A DNA stretch of 24,505 nt from Candidatus Babeliales bacterium (GCA_044451405.1 JBIOKB010000015.1:1-24505), one strand, 5' to 3'; shown: positions 1-9,262, counted from the first letter of the stretch. The notes: generated by a model from the sequence alone, not told the origin. Program-made: numbers and translations.

Positions 1-822
1 CTTACACACGGCATGAGATTCAGCAATAATGTTATCTATGTGTTGTGCAGATAATCCCATGCGTTCCAACACGTGCCGCTTCTCTGCCGCATCGCGACAC
101 AAGGTAAACCCTTGTCCAATAAAATCCCGTTTTTGTTGATGCGTGAGTGATGCAAGTGCCGTAACTGGGTATAAATGATACTCTTCAATTAACTGAGGTA
201 AATTGTGTTGCGCAGGATACGACCAGCTAATAAGTTTGATGTCTACACACGTTGCATATTGCACTGCTTCTTCACTAAAACTCGTATTGGTGACAATCCA
301 ATTGTGTTTGATATCCAGATGAAGATGTTCTTTCTTAGAAGCATTCTCAATATCATCAAAGCGTGATTTTACATACAGTGGTACTTTAACATCCGATTTT
401 AATCCCAGTTCATTATGGAACTTGCATTCAACAAGGCCATGATGCTTACTTTTTTCTATTATCACATCAATTTCGTGCGATACACACGCACCCATAAGTG
501 TTTGATCCGTTTCAACACGGTAGCCCTGTGCTTTAAAAATTTCAGCAACAAATTGTTCAAACGGAAATCCTGAAGGTCCCATTTCTAAAAGCGCCTGTTT
601 AATGCTATAGCGCCCTGCTGCTACTACATTGCGCTCCCGTAATTGTGCGTATGCATAAGCATAGATATCTTTGGTGGTACGCAAATCACCCCGTTGTTCT
701 ACTTCATGTACTATCTGATCAATAAGCTGAGGATGTGCGCCTGCTTTATGCAGTGATGAACGCAGTTTGTGTTCATTAAACGGTTCTTTATCACCAGATC
801 GTTTGGTAATAATAAAACTCAT
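1..822 (-). CDS. ATP-cone domain + Mrr-like (PD-(D/E)xK) restriction endonuclease family protein; runs off left edge, probably close to its C-terminus
   Basis: Not in the ORF track. Manual translation from ATG at 822 is open to position 1: MSFIITKRSGDKEPFNEHKLRSSL (ATP-cone IxKRxGxxExF start), MGPSGFPFEQFVAEIFKAQGY, HEIDVII...VECKFH (D...ExK nuclease motif), WIVTNTSFSEEAVQYA (Mrr_cat-like). The ATG overlaps the TGA of the upstream ORF (ATGA). Confidence 0.85.
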   Translation of the reverse strand, partial: MSFIITKRSGDKEPFNEHKLRSSLHKAGAHPQLIDQIVHEVEQRGDLRTTKDIYAYAYAQLRERNVVAAGRYSIKQALLEMGPSGFPFEQFVAEIFKAQGYRVETDQTLMGACVSHEIDVIIEKSKHHGLVECKFHNELGLKSDVKVPLYVKSRFDDIENASKKEHLHLDIKHNWIVTNTSFSEEAVQYATCVDIKLISWSYPAQHNLPQLIEEYHLYPVTALASLTHQQKRDFIGQGFTLCRDAAEKRHVLERMGLSAQHIDNIIAESHAVCK

Positions 823-1103
823 GAGAGCGTCTCTTTTTTTGGCAGTCCAACATTATACAGCTGGATGGTGAGCCAGACAAAAAGATAGGTATAGACAAAA
901 CTTTGCAATAGTCCGGCAACAAAGTGAACAATAGTTATTTTGGTGTATGGATATAAGAGTGCCAAGCTTTTTAAATGTACGATGGTTGCAATAAATTGCA
1001 GCGTATACAAAGGCCACAGGTAAAAGGCGCCGGCAGTAAGGGTGAAGGCAAGAGCGACAACAAAGGCGGCTGAAAATGCCAATTTATGGGCATGAAGTTT
1101 CAT
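819..1103 (-). CDS. Small two-helix membrane protein, DUF5676-like
   Basis: ORF-track 819..1151, restarted at MKLHAHK (ATG 1103) behind a GGAGAG Shine-Dalgarno; two hydrophobic segments. Family call is from pattern recollection. Confidence 0.65.
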   Translation of the reverse strand: MKLHAHKLAFSAAFVVALAFTLTAGAFYLWPLYTLQFIATIVHLKSLALLYPYTKITIVHFVAGLLQSFVYTYLFVWLTIQLYNVGLPKKETLS

Positions 1104-1185
1104 GGGTTCTCTCCGTACTATAGAAATGTATTTTCTGTAGTACGTACACAAGAGATGGTATGTAAGTCAACAGTTGATCTCGTGT

Positions 1186-2838
1186 TTAGCGTGTCTGGCG
1201 TGTGCGCAGGCTGTTTAGTGCATCAGTGACAGAAGGGAGGACGCGCCCTGATTTATGGAGTGCTTGGTACTGGGTACTTGTAGTAAGAAGTGATGTTATA
1301 TGAACTGGTGTGCCAACAATAAAAACGGTTATGTTCTTCTGTTCAAAAAATTCTATAAGCTCATCAAGAATATCGATACCATCAAGATCAATAAAATAGA
1401 GATCGTGTAGATTGAAAATAATTGTTTTGCAGGTAGTTGGTGTAGTTTCTAATCGTGCAACATGGGTTTGGCCATTGATGTATACGAGGTGCCCTTTAAA
1501 TGAATAGATGAGAGTGCAGAGCGGAGCGTACGTTTTTTCAGCAGTGCCATCTTCCCTGTCCTCCGAAGCTTGCCGAGTCTGAGAACCCGGATAAGCGTAG
1601 GAGGGCTCCTGCGCATATTCTAATTCATAATGGCCATGTGACAGTTGTTCCATAAAAATAATCAGTGCGCAGGCGATGCCACATACTATACCCATCATAG
1701 GGTCAGCATAGATAGTAATGAATGCTACAAGTAGCGACAGTCCAAAGCTCATTTTATCAAGGCGATACATACGTATAAAATGTTCGTGTTCAATCATGCG
1801 ATAGGCGGTATACACCAGAATTGCTGCAATAACTGCCATAGGAATAAAACTAAAATACGTAAGTAACGCGAGTGAAATGAGTGCAATAAAAATACTGCCT
1901 ATAGTTGCAGATAGTTTGCTGGTGGCGCCACTTTTAATATTAAGCGCAGTTCGTGCGAGTGCTGCTGTAGCAGGCATGCCGCCAACAAAACCAGAAACAA
2001 TATTTGCTATACCAAGGCCAAAAAGTTCTTTCTTTTTATTATGCTTTGTTTTGGTCATACCATCGGCAATGCGCGCAGAAATCATCGTTTCTAAAATGGC
2101 AATTAATGCAACAACGATGCTTGCTTGCGCAAGTGAATTGGTATAAATAAACGATGGATAATGTACAAGTTGTGCGGTAATTGAGCCAAAGCGATCTCCC
2201 AATGTTTGTATGTGATAGGGTAGATAGCCCATGTGCATGAAATAGCCGAGCGCAATACCTATGGGTGTAATGATAATAGCGCTTGGTATGGAGGGAATGG
2301 AGCATGTACTTATAAATAAGCCAGCGAGTGTACAGAGAAACATGACGGCTGTTGGTAGAGCAACCATGTCTAAGTGGCCGAGTATTTCTTTGAGGTTGTT
2401 TATGCAGTGTTCATGAGTTGGTAATCCAGTAATGCCTAAGGCGCTGGTAAGTTGACTGATTACAATAATACAAGCTATCCCCAGTGTAAAACCATGAATA
2501 GTGCTTGCCGGAACAAAGATAAGATACCGTTCAAGATGTAGAAAATAAGCAGCGATAATAATAAGACCACTTGCTATGGCAAGTGATGGTAATGATGCAG
2601 CACCATGTGCAATAGCATAGGTTGCTAATACGCCAGACAGTGCGCCCGTTGGTCCAATAATATTAAAATTGCTGCCGCCAAAGAGTGATGCAATAAGCCC
2701 TGCCCAAATAGCAGTGATGATACCAACTACTGGTGTTGTGTGTGATGCGATTGCAAGGGAAATAGAAAGCGGAATAGAAACTAAGGCAACGGTTAACCCT
2801 GATTGGAGATTGGTTTGAATTTTATTCCAAAAATTCAT
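1186..2838 (-). CDS. SulP/SLC26 family anion permease with C-terminal STAS domain
   Basis: Motifs SGLTVALVSIPLSISLA, GGSNFNIIGPTGA, ELFGLGIANIVSGFVGGMP, and STAS-like FIDLDG. Start moved to MNFWNK (2838) because the track start lies inside tRNA-Pro. Confidence 0.92.
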   Translation of the reverse strand: MNFWNKIQTNLQSGLTVALVSIPLSISLAIASHTTPVVGIITAIWAGLIASLFGGSNFNIIGPTGALSGVLATYAIAHGAASLPSLAIASGLIIIAAYFLHLERYLIFVPASTIHGFTLGIACIIVISQLTSALGITGLPTHEHCINNLKEILGHLDMVALPTAVMFLCTLAGLFISTCSIPSIPSAIIITPIGIALGYFMHMGYLPYHIQTLGDRFGSITAQLVHYPSFIYTNSLAQASIVVALIAILETMISARIADGMTKTKHNKKKELFGLGIANIVSGFVGGMPATAALARTALNIKSGATSKLSATIGSIFIALISLALLTYFSFIPMAVIAAILVYTAYRMIEHEHFIRMYRLDKMSFGLSLLVAFITIYADPMMGIVCGIACALIIFMEQLSHGHYELEYAQEPSYAYPGSQTRQASEDREDGTAEKTYAPLCTLIYSFKGHLVYINGQTHVARLETTPTTCKTIIFNLHDLYFIDLDGIDILDELIEFFEQKNITVFIVGTPVHITSLLTTSTQYQALHKSGRVLPSVTDALNSLRTRQTR

Positions 2839-2853
2839 AGGGTGCCTTAAAAA

Positions 2854-2929
2854 TGGTCGGGATGGCCAGACTCGAACTGACAACCCCTCGTACCCAAAAC
2901 GAGTGCGCTACCAATTGCGCCACATCCCG
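2854..2929 (-). tRNA. tRNA-Pro (TGG)
   Basis: Reverse complement CGGGATG...CTCGT-TTTGGGT-ACGAG...GTCAG-TTCGAGT-CTGGC-CATCCCG-A-CCA forms a full cloverleaf with encoded CCA. Confidence 0.96.
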
Positions 2930-2968
2930 ACGACCAAATATCAAGAAAATAAAGAGAAATATGCGATT

Positions 2969-2997
2969 ACTGTATAGATTTTTTTTGATTCCAGCAA
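2969..2997 (-). promoter_or_regulatory. Putative sigma70 promoter for tRNA-Pro/sulP
   Basis: TTGCTG-17 bp-TACAGT on the minus strand, about 40 bp upstream of tRNA-Pro. Confidence 0.45.
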
Positions 2998-3016
2998 GCT
3001 GTTTTCAAAGTTTTTT

Positions 3017-3093
3017 TGGGGTGAATGGTGGGGCTCGAACCCACGGCCACCAGAGCCACAATCTGGTGCTCTACCAACTGAGCTACATTCACC
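3017..3093 (-). tRNA. tRNA-His (GTG) with encoded G-1 and CCA
   Basis: Reverse complement G-GTGAATG-TAGCTCAGTTGGTAGAGC-A-CCAGA-TTGTGGC-TCTGG...GTGGG-TTCGAGC-CCCAC-CATTCAC-C-CCA; C73 discriminator typical of His. Confidence 0.97.
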
Positions 3094-3243
3094 ATATTTC
3101 AATGATGTTCCCTTATTATAAGAGTTTTCAGGTGAAAATCAATGAATTGAGGAGGGGGAGCACCTTACAAGGCGCATTATTTATGCTACATTTAATTTGT
3201 TAATGTGTTTTTATAACTAATTTATATCTTAAAAAATAAAAAA

Positions 3244-5823
3244 ATGACTAAAAAGAGTTTAATGAACAAGACTGATTGGATTAAGGTTGTAGGGGCCAAG
3301 GAGCATAATCTTAAGAATATTGATGTTTCTATCCCTAAAGGCACCTTGACCGTTATTACCGGACCGTCAGGTTCAGGAAAAAGCTCCTTAGCGCTCGATA
3401 TCCTCTTTACCGAAGGTAAGCGTCGCTATATGGAATCCCTTTCATCCTATGCCCGTCAGTTTTTGGGTATTGCCAAAAAACCGGATGTTGAGCGTATTGA
3501 TGGGTTATGCCCCGCTATTGCTATTGAGCAAAAGACGGTGGGCGCAAATCCCCGATCTACGGTTGGGACCATCACCGAAATTTATGATTATTTACGAGTA
3601 CTATTTGCACGCATTGGGCATGTTCATTGTCCTACCTGTAAAAAACGTATTCAGGCAGAATCTCCTGAGCGCATTACCCAGATCGTATGCGATACGTATC
3701 GTGATAGCACCGTAATCATTGCAGCACCTATTGCCAATGAACGCAAGGGTGAATTTGTTAATGAATTACTTTCCTTATTTAAACAAGGTTTTTATCGGTT
3801 TTTAATTGATGGTGTTAATCATCGCTTTAAATCAGAAGATGAAATTAAAGAATTAAAGTTAAAAAAGACCTTTAAACATTCAATTGATCTGTTGATTGAC
3901 AGCATTGATATCAATGCTGATTCACGCGCACGCGTGCAAGAAGCTGTTGAATTGGCGTTTAAGCTTGCTCATGGTAATTGTAAAATTATTAGTGGTACTA
4001 TTAAACAGGTGTATACCGCGCATGCAATGTGTGTTTCGTGTGCAACCTCAGTGCCTGAACTTGAACCGCGCTCATTTTCATTTAATTCACCCTTAGGCGC
4101 ATGTACCGAATGCCATGGTCTTGGCACCATTCATGAATGGCCGTGGGATGATAATGACCCACAAGCATGGAAAGCTCAGTATCCTGATTTCTTTGGTGAT
4201 AAATATGCTACGGTACATACCTGTAGTGCCTGTCATGGTAAGCGGTTGAATCCGTATGCATTAGCAGTGACCGTGGGGCAAAAGAATATTGATGATCTCT
4301 GTCAATTTTCTATTAAAGAATTACTCCATTTTTTTGAAACGGTACGCTTATCTGATGTTGAAACAGAAATTGCCCATAGTCTTATTAAAGAAATAACCAA
4401 TCGTCTTACCTTTTTACTTGATGTTGGTCTTGGCTATTTATCGTTATCACGTTCAGCACGTACGTTATCTGGTGGTGAAGGACAACGTATTAGACTTGCT
4501 ACACAAATTGGGTCTTGCCTATCCGGAGTTCTCTATATTTTAGATGAGCCAAGTATTGGATTGCATCAGCGGGACAATGATCGTCTTATTGAGACTCTCA
4601 AAAAATTACGGGATTGCGGCAATACGGTTGTGGTAGTAGAACACGATCTTGATACGATACGTGCTTCTGATTACGTTATTGATATGGGTCCGGCAGCAGG
4701 TACGCTCGGTGGTATGGTAACCGCCTTTGGAACGCCTACTGAACTTGCGCGTAATGCACGCTCGCTTACCGGGGGCTATATCAGTGGTAAACGGAACATA
4801 GCATTACCCGTATCGATACGAAAGCCGCACGGCTTTTTAACGTTGCATCATGCACGCAAAAATAATTTAAAGGATCTTAGTCTCGCATTCCCCCTCGGCG
4901 TTATCTGTGGAGTTTCAGGAGTATCTGGTTCAGGTAAAAGTAGTTTAATTATGCAAGAGTTAGTGCCTGCGCTGCACAGGGAGCTCATGGGCAACCAACC
5001 GAGTAAAACACCAAGTAGCCATGATCTTGAAGGCGCTGAAAATCTGGAACATCTGGTAGTCATTGATCAATCACCTATTGGGCGTACGCCACGTTCAAAT
5101 CCAGCCACCTATTTAGGGATCTTTGATGATATTCGTAAGCTTTTTGCCTCATTGCCAGAAAGTAATGCGCGTGGGTATAAAGTAGGGCGATTTAGTTTTA
5201 ATGTACCTGAAGGAAGCTGTTTTGAATGTAAGGGTGACGGCTTAGTAAAAGTGACGATGCACTTTTTACCCGATGTTACCATGGTATGTAAAGCGTGTAA
5301 GGGGAAACGTTATAATGCAGAGACGCTCTCAATTACTTATAAAGGTAAAACCATTGCTGACGTTCTTGAAATGACGGCGCTTGAAGCAGCAGAATTCTTT
5401 GCAGCACATACTTCTATTGTAAAGCGTCTTAAACTACTCTGTGATGTTGGTCTTGATTATGTTGCGTTAGGGCAACCATCAACAACATTATCAGGTGGGG
5501 AAGCACAGCGTATCAAACTTGTTGATGAGCTTTCAAAGCGAGGAAACAACACCATGTACATTCTTGATGAGCCTACGACGGGATTACATAGCAGTGATAT
5601 TGAAAAGTTGTTGATCGTACTTAACCGGTTGGTTGATAAAGGTAATTCTATGATTGTTATTGAGCATAATCTTGATGTGCTTAAAACGGTGGATTATCTT
5701 ATTGACTTAGGTCCAGAAGGGGGTCAGAATGGCGGTGCTATTGTTGCCCAAGGATTACCGCGTGAAGTAGCACGGGTACAAGCAAGTTATACGGGTCGTT
5801 ACTTACGCCCCTATTTTACCTAA
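3244..5823 (+). CDS. uvrA: Excinuclease ABC subunit A (short form; start may be 3262)
   Basis: GAKEHNLKNI, Walker A GPSGSGKSS and GVSGSGKSS, two LSGGE signatures, YILDEP twice, zinc-binding Cys pairs, DQSPIGRTPRSNPATY. Confidence 0.97.
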   Translation: MTKKSLMNKTDWIKVVGAKEHNLKNIDVSIPKGTLTVITGPSGSGKSSLALDILFTEGKRRYMESLSSYARQFLGIAKKPDVERIDGLCPAIAIEQKTVGANPRSTVGTITEIYDYLRVLFARIGHVHCPTCKKRIQAESPERITQIVCDTYRDSTVIIAAPIANERKGEFVNELLSLFKQGFYRFLIDGVNHRFKSEDEIKELKLKKTFKHSIDLLIDSIDINADSRARVQEAVELAFKLAHGNCKIISGTIKQVYTAHAMCVSCATSVPELEPRSFSFNSPLGACTECHGLGTIHEWPWDDNDPQAWKAQYPDFFGDKYATVHTCSACHGKRLNPYALAVTVGQKNIDDLCQFSIKELLHFFETVRLSDVETEIAHSLIKEITNRLTFLLDVGLGYLSLSRSARTLSGGEGQRIRLATQIGSCLSGVLYILDEPSIGLHQRDNDRLIETLKKLRDCGNTVVVVEHDLDTIRASDYVIDMGPAAGTLGGMVTAFGTPTELARNARSLTGGYISGKRNIALPVSIRKPHGFLTLHHARKNNLKDLSLAFPLGVICGVSGVSGSGKSSLIMQELVPALHRELMGNQPSKTPSSHDLEGAENLEHLVVIDQSPIGRTPRSNPATYLGIFDDIRKLFASLPESNARGYKVGRFSFNVPEGSCFECKGDGLVKVTMHFLPDVTMVCKACKGKRYNAETLSITYKGKTIADVLEMTALEAAEFFAAHTSIVKRLKLLCDVGLDYVALGQPSTTLSGGEAQRIKLVDELSKRGNNTMYILDEPTTGLHSSDIEKLLIVLNRLVDKGNSMIVIEHNLDVLKTVDYLIDLGPEGGQNGGAIVAQGLPREVARVQASYTGRYLRPYFT

Positions 5824-5913
5824 ATGTAAAGGACGACATACAAAATATACCAAGCTCTCATAGATAGTGTAGAATACATCAAATTCTAAACCTCAATAAG
5901 CAGTGGGGCTATC

Positions 5914-6204
5914 ATGAACAGATGTAGTATAGCGCTAATTATAGGCGTAGTAGTTGTATCGTTACACGGAGCAGAAGGACCCATAAAAGAGCAAGAGCCG
6001 AAAAAAGAACATCCGACACATAGTGCCAAAGGTCGTTACACGTTTGCACAAAAATCAGCAAAACGAGTAGCGGAAGAAAAAAAGAAAAAAGAAGAAAAAG
6101 ATAAAAAGCCGGATTCCCCATCAAAAACACCAAGTGAAGCACCAAAATCAGAAGATGGCGGACGCCCAGAAATGTATGCGAGTGGGAAATGGAGAATGTC
6201 GTAA
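5914..6204 (+). CDS. Hypothetical secreted Lys/Glu-rich small protein
   Basis: N-terminal signal-like segment followed by a low-complexity charged tail; GGGG SD-like sequence upstream. Confidence 0.6.
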   Translation: MNRCSIALIIGVVVVSLHGAEGPIKEQEPKKEHPTHSAKGRYTFAQKSAKRVAEEKKKKEEKDKKPDSPSKTPSEAPKSEDGGRPEMYASGKWRMS

Positions 6205-6256
6205 TAATGAAGCTGCGTGAAATCAAACTAACTATTGTTACTATCCAAGGTTATAT

Positions 6257-7240
6257 ATGAACAAAATCAATCGATTAGCAGGTATAGGTGTACTTGTCAT
6301 GAGTATGGGCATGTTTGCAGAGCCAGTACGGTCTGTTGTTATGCCTGATGAAGAAACAAGCGAGCTGTTTTGTCAACATACTTCAGCACCCATGCTTACC
6401 CGCAACTATCCCATTACGTTCATAGAACAAGATGCTATTGATGCGCAGCACCAAAAATTAGTGCAAGAACTAAAACTTAATACACTCGCACGGTATGGTG
6501 TTAAGGCAGCAACCGCTGCAGTGCTTGTGTACGTAGCGTATGAAGTCTGGTTATCTCAAAGAGGGAATAAAGATTATATAATCCCAGCAGAATCGATTAT
6601 GGTGCCCGATGGACAAGGTGTGGCTACTCAGGGAGAATTAAATCGTGTTGATCATCGGGTAACGGTGTTCGGTAATCAGCTCCATGCTCATATCCAAGAA
6701 AACTACCCTCAATGGCTCAGCTGGCAGTGGTTTAAAAATGGCGCAAAATCTATCGGCTGGAGTGTGATTAATATTGCTCTTGCTAAAGGGGTTTTTGATC
6801 GTATTGAAAACTCCATCGATTCAATTATGCATAACGGCAATCTTGATTGGTTTGTAAAAACCCATACCAAAAGCCTTGAAACGTTAGTTGAATTAACGGA
6901 ATATGCCCACACGCATGATACTCCTGGTGCAACTGATCGTGAGCACGCGCATCATAAAGAACAGATTATGCAAGTAACTCAAAGCTTTATTAATAATATG
7001 ACGGCAATTCTTGGGTTCATGAGTTATAGTAAATCTGGTGCAGCTGATCCACAAATTCGCGTTAACATGCATACGTTAATAGAATATTTCCGCATCACCT
7101 GTAATGAGTTTTCACAATTAGTAACGCAAGCACTTGAACAAGATACTGCAGTGACACCGCATATGAGTAAAATGAGCGTTGAGCTTAATCGAATCCTTAT
7201 GAGCTTTATGCGTTTAGAACGTGAGCAGGCAGCAGAATAA
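6257..7240 (+). CDS. Hypothetical protein with signal peptide, mostly helical
   Basis: 327-aa ORF, AAGG SD, N-terminal hydrophobic leader, followed by a terminator hairpin; no family recognised. Confidence 0.75.
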   Translation: MNKINRLAGIGVLVMSMGMFAEPVRSVVMPDEETSELFCQHTSAPMLTRNYPITFIEQDAIDAQHQKLVQELKLNTLARYGVKAATAAVLVYVAYEVWLSQRGNKDYIIPAESIMVPDGQGVATQGELNRVDHRVTVFGNQLHAHIQENYPQWLSWQWFKNGAKSIGWSVINIALAKGVFDRIENSIDSIMHNGNLDWFVKTHTKSLETLVELTEYAHTHDTPGATDREHAHHKEQIMQVTQSFINNMTAILGFMSYSKSGAADPQIRVNMHTLIEYFRITCNEFSQLVTQALEQDTAVTPHMSKMSVELNRILMSFMRLEREQAAE

Positions 7241-7246
7241 GTCCCC

Positions 7247-7283
7247 TATAGGCAAGAGGAAACTCTTGCCTATATCTTTTATT
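7247..7283 (+). terminator. Rho-independent terminator
   Basis: Perfect 12-bp stem TATAGGCAAGAG-GAAA-CTCTTGCCTATA followed by TCTTTTATT. Confidence 0.8.
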
Positions 7284-7352
7284 ATTGCAACACCCCACTA
7301 CCTTTTGGGTATCCTGAGTAAAAATAAAGATTCTCATAAAGGGGGTAGTGTT

Positions 7353-7766
7353 ATGGCAATGATGAATAGTTTTATCCATATCAAAAACGCTCAAGTGCGT
7401 AATGCAAGTAATGATGGCATGGAATTGCTAGGGCATTTTTTACTGGGCAAAGTGGGTGTCGACGCCCATTTCTTTATCATGTTTTTTGAAGACGCGGAAA
7501 ATGGTGCTATAGCCTCCGGTGCTTACTTTTTGGAAAAGCTAGATGATATGGTGTATTTAGAACATTTAGAAAGTAGCAAGCTCATGCCATTTGAAACAAC
7601 GCGGCGCAACTTTATTGATATTTTAAAGCGTTGGCAATCCGCGTGCAAAAGCCCCACATCATCTGCATGTAATGCGCAGGGCAGTGATTTGATTATTATC
7701 CGTTCATTAAATGGCCGTGATTTCTCATTTGATACCCAGTTACCAGACGATGTAATGTTGGTGTAA
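7353..7766 (+). CDS. Hypothetical protein (~137 aa)
   Basis: ORF-track 7221..7766 restarted at ATG 7353 behind AAGGGGG, because the track start crosses the upstream terminator. Confidence 0.7.
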   Translation: MAMMNSFIHIKNAQVRNASNDGMELLGHFLLGKVGVDAHFFIMFFEDAENGAIASGAYFLEKLDDMVYLEHLESSKLMPFETTRRNFIDILKRWQSACKSPTSSACNAQGSDLIIIRSLNGRDFSFDTQLPDDVMLV

Positions 7767-7778
7767 TATAAAACACAT

Positions 7779-7802
7779 AAGGCCAGATGTGACTCTGGCC
7801 TT
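7779..7802. terminator. Terminator hairpin between convergent genes, possibly bidirectional
   Basis: AAGGCCAGA-TGTGAC-TCTGGCCTT with a T-rich tract on the right and A-rich sequence on the left. Confidence 0.75.
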
Positions 7803-7807
7803 TATTT

Positions 7808-9262
7808 TTAATGCGTCTGTTTTTCAAGAGCCGCGATGCGTTGAATAAGCTGTTCAATAATTACCTGTTGTTCATTGTTCTTTGTAGCAAGTTCTTGCAC
7901 TGCTTTTAATAAGAGTATTGGAAGTGCATGGTACTTGACCGTTTCAGGTTGTCCATCTTTGTAGATCACCAGATCAGGGGCTACCCGCGCAACTTCTTCA
8001 GCAATTAATCCGTATTCAGCAGGAGTTGTTTCATCATGAATTTTATATCTGAAGCGTACCGGGCGTAACTTCATGAGAGCAACAGCTACGCTTTCCATAG
8101 TTGTGATATCTTTTTTGTAACGAAAAGATGATGATGCTGTACCAAGTTGGCCGGTGCTCTGAGATACAAGTACTGGTATAGCATCAGCGACCGTTGTAGT
8201 TATTCCCGATATACCACCAATGAAACATGCTCCAGTACCAGCAGATTGAGATCCAATACGTGTTGTATTATTCTCTGCCCCTAATGAAGCAGGCCCTACA
8301 CTGCCAATATAAATATTATTTACGTTCGTTCCCGTGTTGTTGAGGTTTATTCCTGCATTGAAGCCAAGAGCAATATTGTTGCTGATGGAAGTATGATTTC
8401 CCAGATTGCTAAGAGCATTGCTACCAATAGCAACATTTTGTGAACCCTTTGTTCCTGAAAGCGCAATAAATCCAATACCAACATTGTCACTATTTGAACT
8501 TGAAAACAAAGCTCCTTGACCGATAGCAACATTATTGTTGCCCGAGACATTATTTTCCAATGTATTTTCTCCAACGGCAATGTTAAATTCTCCTGTTGTT
8601 AATGCTTGAAGAGCATTATGGCCTACTGCAACATTACTTGCTCCTGAATTATTTTTTGTATTTTGCAATGCATCTATTCCTAACGCAGTATTGGAATTTT
8701 CTGCATGAATAAATGGCTGACTATCGAGGGTAACAATTCCTTGTGAAAAATCAGTTGCAGTAATAGGAAGATTAATGTTAGCGGTGATGGTAAGGTTGTT
8801 TACATTAGACATATTGGTTGAACTATCAATGACCACTGGCGCAGAGGTTACCGGATTATTAGCCGATTGTTCAATTGCCTTGCCGGTAGTATCAGTAAAT
8901 AAAACAACTGCATTTGCTGTAGTTGGTGATGTTGGGCCGACAACGTTACCACTACCGCCGCTGCCACCACCACCGCTCGCGCTAATAGGTGACCCGTTAA
9001 TGGTGATAGTTCCATGCACATCTAATGAACCACCGATATTGGCATTGCCTGTTACGGTAAGCGCATTGATAAGTCCATTGCCTGAAACTATAAATGAACC
9101 TACTTGTAATGACTCACGAATAAGCACTGTGTTGAATATTCTTCTTTGCGCATCAGCATCAACTATTTCTTGTGCTATATCTGCTGGCATATCTTTTGTT
9201 AAGTCATCGGACGCAGACATGCTGTATGTTACGATGAGTAACAGGAGTGTGCATTTTTTCAT
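7808..9262 (-). CDS. Secreted fibre/adhesin-like protein with NxAxG repeats and C-terminal peptidase S74 intramolecular chaperone domain
   Basis: Signal-like N-terminus; tandem NTALG/NVAVG/NIAVG/NVAIG repeats; SSFRYKKDI...LMKLRPVRFRYK...YGLIAEEVARVAPDLV...VKYHALPILLLKAVQEL plus terminal coiled coil, typical of S74. Confidence 0.88.
   Translation of the reverse strand: MKKCTLLLLIVTYSMSASDDLTKDMPADIAQEIVDADAQRRIFNTVLIRESLQVGSFIVSGNGLINALTVTGNANIGGSLDVHGTITINGSPISASGGGGSGGSGNVVGPTSPTTANAVVLFTDTTGKAIEQSANNPVTSAPVVIDSSTNMSNVNNLTITANINLPITATDFSQGIVTLDSQPFIHAENSNTALGIDALQNTKNNSGASNVAVGHNALQALTTGEFNIAVGENTLENNVSGNNNVAIGQGALFSSSNSDNVGIGFIALSGTKGSQNVAIGSNALSNLGNHTSISNNIALGFNAGINLNNTGTNVNNIYIGSVGPASLGAENNTTRIGSQSAGTGACFIGGISGITTTVADAIPVLVSQSTGQLGTASSSFRYKKDITTMESVAVALMKLRPVRFRYKIHDETTPAEYGLIAEEVARVAPDLVIYKDGQPETVKYHALPILLLKAVQELATKNNEQQVIIEQLIQRIAALEKQTH

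Noticed and set aside
2839-2883. N-terminal extension of SulP in the ORF track
   Set aside because: Lies inside tRNA-Pro; MNFWNK at 2838 is the more plausible start.
2853-3203. 116-aa plus-strand ORF (MVGMARLELTT...)
   Set aside because: It is the antisense translation of tRNA-Pro and tRNA-His.
8330-8700. Recurrent GCAACATT/GCAATATT-like motifs as a possible CRISPR or DNA repeat array
   Set aside because: They are codons of the NxAxG protein repeats, degenerate and inside a CDS; no cas genes or constant repeats.
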